64,000 bases of DNA from Prorocentrum cordatum (lineage: Eukaryota): positions 186,001 through 250,000 of the forward strand of contig CAUYUJ010000015.1 of assembly GCA_963575745.1 (NCBI GenBank). The letters are read 5' to 3'. Below the pieces are notes generated by a model that made no database searches, was not told the origin of the DNA, and saw nothing but the letters and a program-made list of their open reading frames with translations. Shown piece after piece: positions 10,900 through 22,479 of this stretch (the stretch's first letter is position 1; each line of letters opens with the position of its first letter). Both the position numbers and the translations under genes were made by a program.

Positions 10900-12560
10900 A
10901 TGCACCAAGCGCGAGCACAAGTGCAAAGTGTGCGGGTCGTGTCGAGCACGTGGGCCCGCGATTCGCATGATCTCTTCGATTTCGAGGCCACAGATTTGCA
11001 CAGGAAGATTTTCACCGCCCTGAAGCCGGCGGTCTGCGTGCGCACTGGCACCGACGTCCAGATGGTGATCAGGGGCAACGATAGGGGGGATAGGCATAGG
11101 GGGGAGGATGCATCGACCCCCAATCGCCCATTGATCGCGGTTGGGCCCCGATAGCCCCAACCTGCCCAGGAAGGTGCGGATTCACTATTCGGAGGCCTAT
11201 CGCCGATCTATCGACGACGTATCGCCGATTCCAGGTCGATGCATCCCCCCCTGTGCCCATCCCCCCCTATCGTTGCCCCTCAGGTGAGTGAGCACGTGCC
11301 AGTAAACAACATGTACGACCCCCTTTTGCGGCTGGCCCAGAAGGACGGAGCCTTCTGGGTGGACCGGGCCCCCCCGTCGAGCGGCTCCAAGAAGCTCTGG
11401 CTGGTGGTCCGTGACATGCCCTCCGGGGCCCACCACCTCCAGGAGGGCGACGTCATCAAGCTCGGCCGCTTCAAGTTCCGCGTGCGGCAGCTCGTCGGCT
11501 CCGGCGAAGCGCAGCCAGAGTTGAAGCTTGACGATTCTAGCTCGGTGTGCCGCGTAAACCCAGGGGGCGAGACGGAGCTGGCGCAGACACTCTGTCGCAT
11601 CTGCTTGCTTGAAGGACCAGGTGAGGGCGATCCCCTCATCTCGCCGTGCCTTTGCAAGGGCTCCATCGAATACGTCCACCTCGGCTGCTTGCGGCACTGG
11701 ATCCGAGGGCGTTTGAACCTCTCAGACTCCACTGGCGGCTCCTACTTCTTCCGGCCTCTGCCGTGCGAGCTCTGCAAGGCTGTCTATCCGACCTACGTGC
11801 AGAACGATGCTGAGCCGCAGCCGATGCCGTTGGTGGAGGTGCCATGGACGAAGCCGCCCTTCATCGTTCTAGAGAACATGGTCCGCGACTCTCAGCAGCA
11901 CGCCTGCCGCGGTCTGCATGTTATCTCGCTGGCGGAGAAGGTGCTGAAGCTGGGCCGAGGCCACGAGAGCGACGTGCGCATCGCGGACGTGTCGATCTCC
12001 CGGTGCCACGCCATGATCCGATTCCAGCACGGCCATTTCCAGCTGGAGGACAACAACTCGAAGTTCGGCACCCTGGTCGCCATGAAGAAGCCCCGCCTCC
12101 TGGAGCCGGGCCAAGGCTCGGCGGCGCGCACAAGGAGGGAGCGCGGGCAGGGGGCGGCCTTGAAGAAGGTGGGGGGGGGGCCTTTCTCAGATGCCCCCCC
12201 GGCTTCTAGGAGGCCTTCTCTGAAGCTCTCGGGCCCGTTAAGAGAGGGCCACCGGTTTCGAAGAAGCCCCCCCTCCGCCGTCTTGGAGGGCCACCTTTCT
12301 CGCGCCGCCCCCCTTCCAGCGCGCCGCGAGAAGGCGTGTCCATCCAGATGGGCCGGACGGTGCTCTCCCTGTCGGCCCAGACCGACGTCGAGTCCCTCGA
12401 GGCGCCCACGCCGATTCGCCACGGCCCTTCCGGCGGGGCCGCGGACGAGCGCCAGCTCCGCCTGGCGCTCCTCAATCGTTTCAGTGGCGCGCGCCCCGAC
12501 GGCTGGACCACGGAGCACCCTGGCGATGCGGCCCAGCTGCCCGGCGAGGCCGACGAGTGA
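10900..12560 (+). CDS. FHA / RINGv (C4HC3) / FHA domain protein, putative E3 ligase; exons 10900-11064, 11284-12115, 12334-12560; 407 aa spliced
   Basis: Exons sum to 1224 nt with an open frame from ATG to TGA. RINGv CRICLLE..LISPCLCKGSIEYVHLGCLRHW..CELCK; FHA LKLGRGHESDVRIADVSISRCHA..DNNSKFGT; LQEGDVIKLGR. Splicing restores the FHA end (GQGVSIQMGRTVL). The N-terminal TWARDSHDLFDFE resembles alveolate FHA-RING proteins (from recall). Confidence 0.88.
11065..11283 (+). mobile_element. Introner-like intron 1 (GT-AG, 219 nt): ~50-bp TIRs, 5-bp TSD GGTGA
   Basis: Left end AGGGGCAACGATAGGGGGGAT..GGATGCATCGACC is the reverse complement of right end GGTCGATGCATCC..CCCCTATCGTTGCCCCT; GGTGA at 11064-11068 and 11283-11287. 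Confidence 0.88.
12116..12333 (+). mobile_element. Introner-like intron 2 (GC-AG, 218 nt): degenerate TIRs, TSD AAGG(C)
   Basis: AAGGC at 12113-12117 and 12331-12335; ends CTCGGCGGCGCGC / GCGCGCCGCGAG, with weaker inverted similarity extending ~70 bp inward. Confidence 0.78.
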
Positions 12561-15500
12561 GCTGGCTTTTGGCACCCGATCTCGAGCGCAGAATGCTGTG
12601 GCAGCATTCCCTGGAGCAGCTCGACTCGGGGCAGGCATCGCTCGCTTGCCGCTTTGGGAGGCAGCGTGTCCCAACGTGCCCTCCCCCTTCATGCACCACT
12701 TTGGTGGACTATTCATGTCGCTCTTCGGCCTCATGTTCTGATTCCGCCCTCTTGACTCCCTATATTTCGTTATCATCCGTATCATCCTCTTCACCCGCAT
12801 CTTTACTTCTCCGCCAGATCTGAGACCGACCATCTCACCACGCACAATCGTGCGCTGTATTGAGCGCCAGCTCGCATGTCTGGCATCAGATTGCTGGCAG
12901 GCATATTTGCCATGGTCTCTTAATGTAGGTTTCTAGCTAGACTCTCTCTGTTCCTGCTTCTCTTGCCCAGGGTTCGATTCAACATCGCTGAGAGGGCGCA
13001 CAACATCCTGGCGCATTTTGTTGCCATCCCTTCGCTGGAATAGAATCAGCAGTGGGCCACCCCAGGTCCCGCTGCCGCAGAACTCCCCGCGAGCTTGAAA
13101 GAGCCAGATCCTTGCATGTGCTTGCTCTTGTGGGCGCCGCGCAATGGGGGGGGGGACGATAAATGGGGGGCAGCGAGGGCTGCAGAAAAGGGGCCCCTCA
13201 GGGCACCTAAAGAAGCCCTCCAGGGCCCCCCAGAAAGGGCCTCTAGGTCCCGAGGAGTGCACCTTTCCTTCCCCCCCAGAGCGCCACGCAGCTCTTGCTC
13301 TGAAGGCTTCCCTGACGGGAATGCAGACTCGGGTTTCGTGGCCGCGCCCCGCTCTCTGCTCGCCTTCGGGCCCCTGGAGCGGAGGCGCGCGCCACGCCAT
13401 CCGACCGCCCCGGAGAAGGCAGCAGAGCCCGTCGCGCTGCCAGCAGCGTCTGTGCACGGCCAGCCTTGGGGGGCTCGCTGCGCCGACGTGCGCCAGCAGC
13501 TCATAGCTGCCCCGTTGCGCCCGTGCTGAAACGCAGCACGTGCCGTGCTCGAAATGTACGTGCTGACACGCTGCGTATCGGCTCCGCATGTCTTGGCATC
13601 GCTCGGACATGTGGATTTTTCCTTCGACCAGGACCGTCGAGGAGCATCCTTTATCATTTGGCGAAAAAACCACGCACGAAACCGAAAAAAACACGGGGAA
13701 TGGACGTCCGAGCGATGGCGAGATGTGTTGGTTCACACTTTGGCGAGCGCGTCGCGCCAAGCGTGCCTTTGCAGTCTGCGCCCCGTGTCGACACGCCACG
13801 TGCCGCGTGCTGCGCGTCGGGGCAGCTGCGGCCAGCGGTGGCAAGCAAAGCAGGGACGCGCAGTGTGCGCACCAGCTGGCTAAAGAGAAGCGCCAGCGGC
13901 GAGGGGCATGATGAATGTTTGACTCTCAGCCTCACTGGCCCATACGGAAGCGATGCCCGGGCGAGCTGTCGAAAGAGCAAAGTAGAGAAGCAGGATCGCC
14001 GTGGAACAGCAAGGGGTTGGCCATGAAACCGACGTTGGAACCAACTCGAGCACCTCTAACCATGTCTTAGGAGGAGGAGGAGGAGGAGGAGGCTTGGGAA
14101 CCTGTTGGAGACCTCTTGGAGCCAGCGTGGGGCTGCCGGCCCTTTTGGATGCATGCCAGTCCCTCTCTCGGGGCTCTCTTTGGGGCCCCGTTTGGGAAGC
14201 GTCGGGCCGGGAGAATCGGCCCGCGGCCCGGGCCCACATGGACGTCGCCGCCTTGATTCTGACGGCTTCTCTGACGCACTTTCTTTCTCCAGCAGCCTTG
14301 ACACTTGTGTCATGCTGCTGTGCATACAGTGTGTTTGTGGGGGGGAACCATCGGGCCTTCTTGGAGCCATTCTGGAGGCAATCGACCCAAGAAGGATAGT
14401 CCCTCATCAATTTGCGCTGCCCCTCTGGAGTCAGGCATTCGTGGGGTGCTCTTCTGGGCCCATCTTTTAGCTATCTTAGGCCTCGGATGTCCACTGGAAG
14501 CGAAAAGGCGAGAAGGCAAACATCACGAATCGTTGACAAACCCACGTTGTTCGACGATCGTGTCCTATCGAGGACATCGTTGAGAGGCTCCGTGGCTACC
14601 TCGGTTTGTCCTGTGGCGATCTTGGGGTCTATTGGAGGCTTGCTGGAGACCATCTTGAAGACCATATTGAATGAAGTGTAACCATGTTGCGCAGTCTTGG
14701 ATAACCATATTGGTGCTGTCTCAGGCCTTCTCGGACGCCCCCTTGCCTTGGGGAGCCACGGTCCAGATCCCGGGGGAGGGGGGCAAAAGGAGGGGTAGAC
14801 CCCTTCCCGAAGAGGAAGAGGGGGGTTGGAAGGCAGAACCCGCTAAGACACCTACGCACAGAGGTGGTATTCCGAGCAAGCATGGACACCCTCCTCTTTC
14901 ATTTTTAAGTTTACCTTCGCACTGATCTTTTTCAGACCTCAGACGCCGTGAATGTTCCATGACGCGGGTCCCCGGAGATCTCTGCCCTTTCTCTGGGGTT
15001 TACCTTTTTCACCTCGAGTTTTTCTTGGTTGCGGGACCCACAGAGGCCGAAATTAGGGACAAATGACCGTCCCGATTGTTTCAAGGCGTCGGAGGTCTGG
15101 GTCTGATCTTGTAGGGTCGACCTTCGGTCGACCACGGCGCCGTGTAGTGCAAATCATATGTTCCGCGTCCTCTGCCTCTGCGCAACTGCCAGCGGTCCCG
15201 CCAGGAACTCAGGGCGGTCACATATTTTGCCTTGTCAGCTCCTGGTAACGCCCAAGACCTCTGGCGATCCGAAGAAGTCGAGCCCGGTTTTTTTTTATAC
15301 TTTTCGGCTTTGTGGGTCTGGGGCCGTCAAAGCAAAAGTCAGGATGGCAAGGTGTTCCCCCAGAAGGGCCGTCGGAGGTCTGGGTCTGACTTCTCTTGCG
15401 CACCCCTCGCCCTCGCAGGGCAAGCCAAGGGACTTGGCTCGACCTGCGATGAGAACGGTGGGCGGATGCGCGCTTAGGCGACACGGAGACCTGAGGCTCG

Positions 15501-16974
15501 GGCATTCGGTATATGATCTAGTAAATTATTGTCCCCATGGCAGCACCGCTCAGTTCTGGCTTGGCGTCACGTCACCCCCTCGTGTGAGAGCCGCGATCCC
15601 TTCCCATGCGCCCCCTCCTGCCTTTGAGCCCCCACATACACCCCTGCATCACTCGTTCGTCGCGCGCCGTGGCGCCACGCAGTGGCCACTGCATGCTTTT
15701 AACTGGTGGATCGGCGGCTTCTAATCTGAGGTCCGAGTCGTACGAAAATCACATCACAACGTCGTGGTAAAATCACTACCAGAGCTTGGGAACCAATCCT
15801 TGAACGCATACGGATTTTCTTGATGGATCGCTGTGTGGAGGTCCTGGGCCCCAAACAGGACAAAGCGCCCGTGGACATGTGTTCACGACCCCCAGATCAG
15901 AGGAATGCGGGTGTGGTGAAAGTCGCTAATGTAGTGGTTGCGAATGAAAACGCTGCTGCCAGTTCTAACGCTGGGCATTTGGCGGCCCAGTATGTTCGAA
16001 TAGTGTGCCCCCTGATCTCTCGACCCCTTCCTTGGGCCCGGTTTTGCATCCCGAGTTTTCTGCGATGCCCCCAGGCCCGAAACCAGTTTCCAGAGCCCCA
16101 CACGGGCGACGCAACAACATGGATCGTTTTCGCCGACGTTGGCGCGTAAGCTGCCGACGTAAGACCGCGCGAAAGCGCCCTGGTCTCCAGCGTAGCATGC
16201 CGCACTGTCGGCCCGCGTAAGCCACCGCGTAAAGTCGCTACGCCATCTCGCGTAAGACGCGAATTATTTTGGTCGGCCACATGGCGAAGCGGCCGTCCCG
16301 ATCTGTTCGAGCCGCCCGACGTCTGCGGCTGCCCTCTTCTATTGCGTCCTCGCTCCCGATCCTTCTCCTCCTCCTGCTCCTCTTACTGCTGCTATTGTTC
16401 CGCCTCCTCTTCTTCCTCCTCCTCTTCCTCCTCCTCCTCCTCGAGGATCTGGGCTATGGGGTCTATGGGGGCCTTCCACAGGACCCCAGAGGCCTCCAGG
16501 AGCCTCCAGACAGGCGTCGGAAACAAATCTAGCGAACCCTCGTTCCACCTCACCTTCCCCCTTCACCCATGGTCAACGTTGGCGGGGGATCTGATTTGCA
16601 CTTCGCATCTGTCGTCCACCAGCGCGCCAATTTCGAAGTTCGGGGAAGATGGGGGCGTTCCCTAATTCTTTCCGCTTGCCAGAGAACTGCAGGAATTTGT
16701 GGGGACCTCGGGAGATCCCGTACATTTTCAGAGGCAGCCACCTCCTGCCCCATCCTGCCCTTTCTGTTCTGCTCTTCAAGCGGTCCACGTCAAGTGAGCA
16801 GAGTCGCCTCAGCACGCCCGGGGCGCAGCTTCGCGCCAGGCCCTGCACGATCGATCGCCGCCCACCAGCCAAGGACAGCCGCCCTCCCCCGGACACCCCT
16901 CCCCCCCCCCCGTCCTCGGAGTCGCGTTCCTGCCCCCTCCCCGGGACGCCTCCTAGTCCCCCTGCGGCATCCGC

Positions 16975-17037
16975 CTCCTCCTCCTCCTCCTCCTCCTCCT
17001 CCTCCTCCCCTCCTCCTCCTCCTCCTCCCCCTCCTCC
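16975..17037. repeat. (CCT)n microsatellite abutting the SL relic
   Basis: Direct reading. Confidence 0.95.
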
Positions 17038-17059
17038 GCCGTAGCCGTTTTGGCTCAAG
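17038..17059 (+). other. Dinoflagellate spliced-leader (DinoSL) relic
   Basis: GCCGTAGCCGTTTTGGCTCAAG matches DCCGTAGCCATTTTGGCTCAAG at 21/22; ATG follows at 17060. Confidence 0.9.
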
Positions 17060-20000
17060 ATGCTCGCTGCCCGTGGCAGAGTGTGGATACTGCCAGTCCG
17101 CGGCAGGCAAGGCTGTTCAGCCTGGCAGTTTTTCTTAGCTTTCACTGCGGGGTTTGGTCCCCCACACACTTGAGACTTCACTGTTGGTTTGGATTTCTGC
17201 CTAGATCGCTTGACAGGTAGACAGGGCACAGCTCACTCACTATTGAAAGTTTTAGTCGCGACGACCTTTTCGCTCCGGCGCCCGCACTGCCACAGTGGTA
17301 CTTGGTGGCAAAACAGCGTGGTTGCGCGTGGCGGTGGTCGGCCGACCCTTTGTCTGATGACCGTGATTCTGACACAAATCGCAGTCGCAGCACACCCATT
17401 CCTGCAGGCGTAGGTAGCTGCGACCCGAGGAAGGCGACAAGATTACGAATGCCACGATCACCGACGCTATGGACGCTCCAACCGTGACGGACGCGACCAA
17501 GAACGTGATGGCGACGATCGTAAACATAAGAACGGACGACTACGAAAGCGCCAGTTCGGACGTGCCGGCCCCCCTGCTGTTGCTGCTGCTGCTGCTCACT
17601 CCAGACGTCGTCCCCCCTGCCGCAGCTCATCCTGCTGCTCCTCTCACACTTCGCGCTGCCCATCGCCTCGAAGAAACATGGAGATGGGCACCGTGAGGGT
17701 GTTGCCTGTAGTGATTCACGTGCTGGTGGGTCTTCCATTGGTGTCACGGCTACATCCATCGGAACTGACCGCTTGCAAGCTAATGATCCATGGCGAGGCG
17801 ATTCTGACGTGCAGTGGATGGAATAACGTTTTCCAGCTGCTGTTCGTGTGGATGCAGAATCCATTCGCAAGGCCGCTGCTGTCTCTGCTGCGTCTGCTGC
17901 AGCTGCGGCGGCGACCGACCAGCTGCAGGCCATCGCTGGAGAATTGCGTACCACCTTCATGCAGGAGCAAGCGCGCACGAATCGGCGACTGGACGCATCT
18001 GCACGCGGGTTTAATAAGATACGCCAGCGTCAGGGGGCGGCGGCAGGTGCCCAAGCGACAATGCGTTCTGAAGTGGACGACAAACGCAGGCAGCTCGTCG
18101 CATCAGAAGCGCAGCTCCCATTTGACATCGGCAACCTCGCGAACTTGCATCGGACCATCGACCCGCTCATCTTCTGTGTGGGCATGGCGGCGCCCGCCGC
18201 TCCTCAGGCTGTCCGTGATGCTCTTGCTTCATTGATCAGTGACGCGAAGCTTCAGAGTGATCGCGTGGAACTCATCGGTGACGTCGTGACAAGGTGTTTC
18301 ACCGCGCGAGAATTGGACTCCAAAGCCGAAGCCAGTGGCCGCGCTATTGCATTGGTCAGAGGATTGCGCACTTCATCTGGATGGCGATCATTCACGGTGC
18401 TCTCGTCCGAGAACGCAGTTGCCCCCAGGCGCGCGTCGACTGACAGGAGCCCCAAGATGGTGCGAGGTGAAGTCCAGGCCAAGCGGATGGGCAAATTGTT
18501 GGGAGCGAAATGCCCTGCTCTCACGCGGCGGTGGCGCCGGCGTGCGAATTGCCAGATCTTGACCAACAGCGCCACGCGCCGCCAGCTGCCCCCCCCACTG
18601 CGAGATGAATCCGCGTGCGTCATCACGCAACCAGCCAGTTCAACATTGACCAAACGGCAGTGGGCGCAGACTGCCCAGCAGCGTTCTTGTCGGCCGAGGC
18701 CCAGCGGTTTGGGCGACATGCTCTGGGCCCCCGGGGGGCCGCACCAACGCGATGCAGCATCTTGTCTTCGCCCCCCTTACTGGAATGCACGCGGCTTCCT
18801 GCGCGTCGCCACTCGCAAACGGGAAGCAAGGATGTGACTGTTAGCTGAATGCATGAGACAGCGGTACCGCATCATTCTTCAAGAGGTTCGTGGAGACGAA
18901 CTACGATTGCAGCGTTTGGCAGATGAGAATCCGTATTCCCACGATTGTCTTCCCTCAGCTTCCGTCGTTTCGGCCGGTGGCGTTGCGTTTCTGGTGCTTG
19001 GGCATCCGCGACGCTCCTTTGTGCCTGACGCTCAGGAACCAGCATGCAATTCGCAAGTGATTGTTCCTGGCCGCGCGGCCGCTCTCTCGCGCCCCCCCCC
19101 CGCCCGCCCCCACTGCTTGCGCGCGGTCAGCATGCGCGATCGCGAGCTTTCCGCAGCTGGTGCGCGCGCAATCGATCCATTCCGGCCCCAGCAGGTCGCG
19201 CGCGCGAGACAGCATGTCTACGACAGCCGCCCCCTCTGCGACCCGCGCGAAGCCGCGGCCCAACGCGGTCGACGGGCCGCCCCCCGCCGAGACGAAGGCA
19301 GACGCACGCTTCGCCGACCAGGCGGCCCCGCCCGGCTCCGCGGACGAAGACGGTCTGACGCGTAGAGCCAGGGGGATCGCGGGCCCCGGCCCGCAGCTCG
19401 GCGGCGGGGACAAGAGCGGTCAGAAAGCCGGCGAGGGCGGGGCGAAGGCGACGCGGGGGCGTCGCGCTGATACCCTCGCCCACAAAGCGGCCTTGATGGA
19501 GCAATCTCTGAAGAAGCTCAAGGGCGAGCTCAAGCCGCCGGCCGAGCTGCATCGCCGACGCGAACCTGCCCTGCCCACGAAGATCCGCAGCTTGCCGGCC
19601 ATGGTCGACTCGAGTGGCACGGTTCCGATTCACGCGCAGATTGCGGCGCAGCTGGAGCCGCCGGTCGCCCCGCCAACCCCGCCGCCACCGCTCCTCGGCA
19701 GGTGGCGTCGACAGCCCGCGCCCCAGCATGCAGCGGCAACTGCTTCGTCAAAACCTTCATCGGGATCACGGACTTGGCGCGAGCTCGCCGCGCATCCCTG
19801 GGGCGGGACGCCTGCATTATAGGCGATTGGAATTCGAGACAAGCCGATCACCACTCCCGCCGTCATAGCCCGCGCCCCCTTCCAGGGGCCGGCCAAAGTC
19901 GAGAAGTGGTTCCAAGCCGGCGGCGCGACCGCGGCCTGCACCCCTGTCGCGTTCAATGAAAAGGCCACAGTCCTGGGTACCACGTCCCGGGAGGTCCTCG

Positions 20001-21890
20001 CAGACTAGGGCGGCGTGTTCCGACCCGTCCTGGCGACGTTCAAGGAGGCCGGGGAGGGGGCCCCAGGCCTCTCGGCCCTTCCCGCGGGCATCGCCGACGA
20101 CGACGCGAACGACGGCGCTGCTGGCCCGCCCCGCGCGGCCCGCCCGACCGTCAGCAGGGGCTTCGCAGACGACGATGTCTTCGCGAAGTGCAGATCCAAG
20201 CTCGCACAGCTGGTGGGCAACTTCTTCTCATAGACAGATTGTCAGCACGTCCTGGAGACGCGGGCGGCCATCGCCTGCGACACCGAGATCGCGCGCGCGG
20301 CCCTCGCGCGCGCCACCGCCCCCGACGAGCCCCCGAATGCCCCCCCGCCCCCTCCGGCGCGACCTTCAACCCGCAGCGCGGCAAGCTCGCGCCGATCTGT
20401 TCCCGCCCAGATGCCACCGAGACCGATTCCGATCGCCAGGCGCGCGCGCGCGCGCGCCAGGGCCGACCGGGCTGGCGGAGGTGTCATGTGCCGCCCTAGC
20501 GGCGCTGCCCCACTTGGCGTCTTCCCAGACAAAGACGGCGCGGCGGCAGCGGACGTTGCCGCGCAGGGCCGCCGTCGGCGCATCCAGCGAGGGCCGGGCG
20601 CGCGCGGGCGACGCCGCGAAGGCGACCGCGGACTGCGGTTAAAAGCGCGCGACGGACGCGCGCCCGGCAGGCCGCAAGAGGCGGCATTTCCGCGGCGGGC
20701 CCCCGACCGCCGTCGCGGGCGACCGCGCGCCGGCGTTCGCTGGCGGGGCCTACGTCAGCCTGGCCCGCGCGCGGCCGCAAGAGCGCGGGGGGCAGGATAG
20801 GAGCCGCAAATCGCAGGGCGCCTGGGGCCCCCCCCAGGCGCCAGCCGCCCCTGAGCCCATGGGCGCCGACGACACCGCTGAAGACGAAGAGTTTCCCCGA
20901 CAATGGCTTGCAGGAGCACTTCCCGTCGAGTCGGCCGCCGACGCCGCCGGCGCCCCCGCGGGCGCTGTTCGCGCGGCCGCCGGGGCGGCCCGCGAAGAGG
21001 ACGAGGCCCATTGGAGGCTTGACTTCACCGAGCAGGAAATCGGGAGGCAGCGGTGCAGTTTCTGTCGCGTCGCCCATGGGCGACCGCAAGCCCCCCTCGA
21101 AGCCGAGGTCCCCGAAGGATCTGCTATGACCCAGGGGGCGTCTCCAGGCGCCCCTTGCGCGCCCTCGCTGCGGCCGAGCTCTGGGGCACCCCACAGACGC
21201 GCAAGCTCAGGGAGAGCTCGCCCCTCCCGACCGAGACTGCCAAGGCAGGCGCCCCTGCCGCCGCGATCGCAGCCCGCGCTGCAGCCGCGGCCACTCGCGC
21301 GGCCCATGAGGTCTGGAAGCACGCCAATCGCGGCCGGGCCTTCTATCTCCTCCTTCTCCTCCTCTTCTTCCCCCCCCCTCCATCTCCGAGTGCTTCCGCG
21401 CCTTCGGCGAGGGTTGGGTCCTCTGCAGCGACCGAAGGGCTAGCGTGGCCACGGGCGCGGCCTTGGCGCTCGAAGGGAGTTCGCAGCCCTCGGCCCCCGC
21501 GGCCCTGGTGCCACCTGCCCTGGCCGAGGAGGTAGGCGGCGCCTTCGCCGCGCTTGCGCGCGACGTGTTCAGAGGCAACGATGTCTACTGTTGCAGACGC
21601 TGCGACTCCCATTGCGCTGCGGGCGACGTCCGCAAAGTGAGAGAGCTTGGCTCGAGGCGCGAAGGGCTCTCGCCCAACGAGTCCACGCGCCGCGACCGGC
21701 AAGACGCGATCAGGCGAGTCGAGAAGGGGCTGGCGCCTCGCGCCCGCCGCGCCCCAGTGGCGCTGCTCCCGCAGGTTGGCCCCTCTCGCAGCCACGCGGC
21801 GCGATGATCGACCATGTCGTGATTCGCTGCCGCTCCGTGGCCGGCTGGTGGCACGGCGTCTTCTATGACGGGGCGCTCGCGTACATGTAC
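17038..21890 (+). mobile_element. Decayed SL-headed LINE-like element (ORF1-like region plus APE endonuclease remnants), probably with nested insertions; 3' boundary uncertain
   Basis: Coiled-coil-like ORF at 17848; APE-like motifs YWNARG (~18780), IILQEVRG (~18870), CIIGDWN (~19815); many frameshifts. Confidence 0.55.
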
Positions 21891-22479
21891 CGGGGTCCTT
21901 GCGAATTTGTTTCGCAAATATTCTTGGGAATCTTTTTCAAATTAAAATCCGACCCCCCATCCCTCCAAACTCCGCCGCAGGCGCCCAGAATAATAATAAT
22001 TTCAAATTGCGGCAGCACCCCCAAATTGGAAGCATACCCCCTGGATTTGCCCAGGACCCCCCAGGAATCTTAGGGGCCCTGACGGATTCCGATGGATTCT
22101 GCTGGTTTCTGGAGCCCCGTCCTGGAGGATCCCTCCCTGGACGCCCTCTTGGAGCCGTGTCGGGCCGTTTTGGGAAGCCGCTTGGGCCGTCTCGAGGCCA
22201 TCTTAGGTCGTCTTGCGTCTTGGGCCGTCTTGAATCGGTATTGGGCAATCTTGGCGGCCCTGGTGGCCTGTTTGGGCCAGGTGGCAGTCATCTTGGATTC
22301 CTCGGAGGGCGCCAGGGGCATGTCTCGGCGCCGCATTTTGGACACCATCTGGTATCTGGAATCCAGATGACTGCCACCTTGGATTCCTCGGAGGGTGCCG
22401 GGCCATGTCTCGGACATGGCCCGGCACCGTTCGGCGCCGCATGTCCGTGCATGTTTCGGTGGCAGTCATCTTGGATTCT

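Noticed and set aside
11239..12741. The 500-aa ORF as the real protein
   Set aside because: It starts inside intron 1 and reads through intron 2 into another frame; the spliced model gives complete domains.
13865..13886. SL-like CAGCTGGCTAAAG
   Set aside because: Only a short partial match, compatible with chance.
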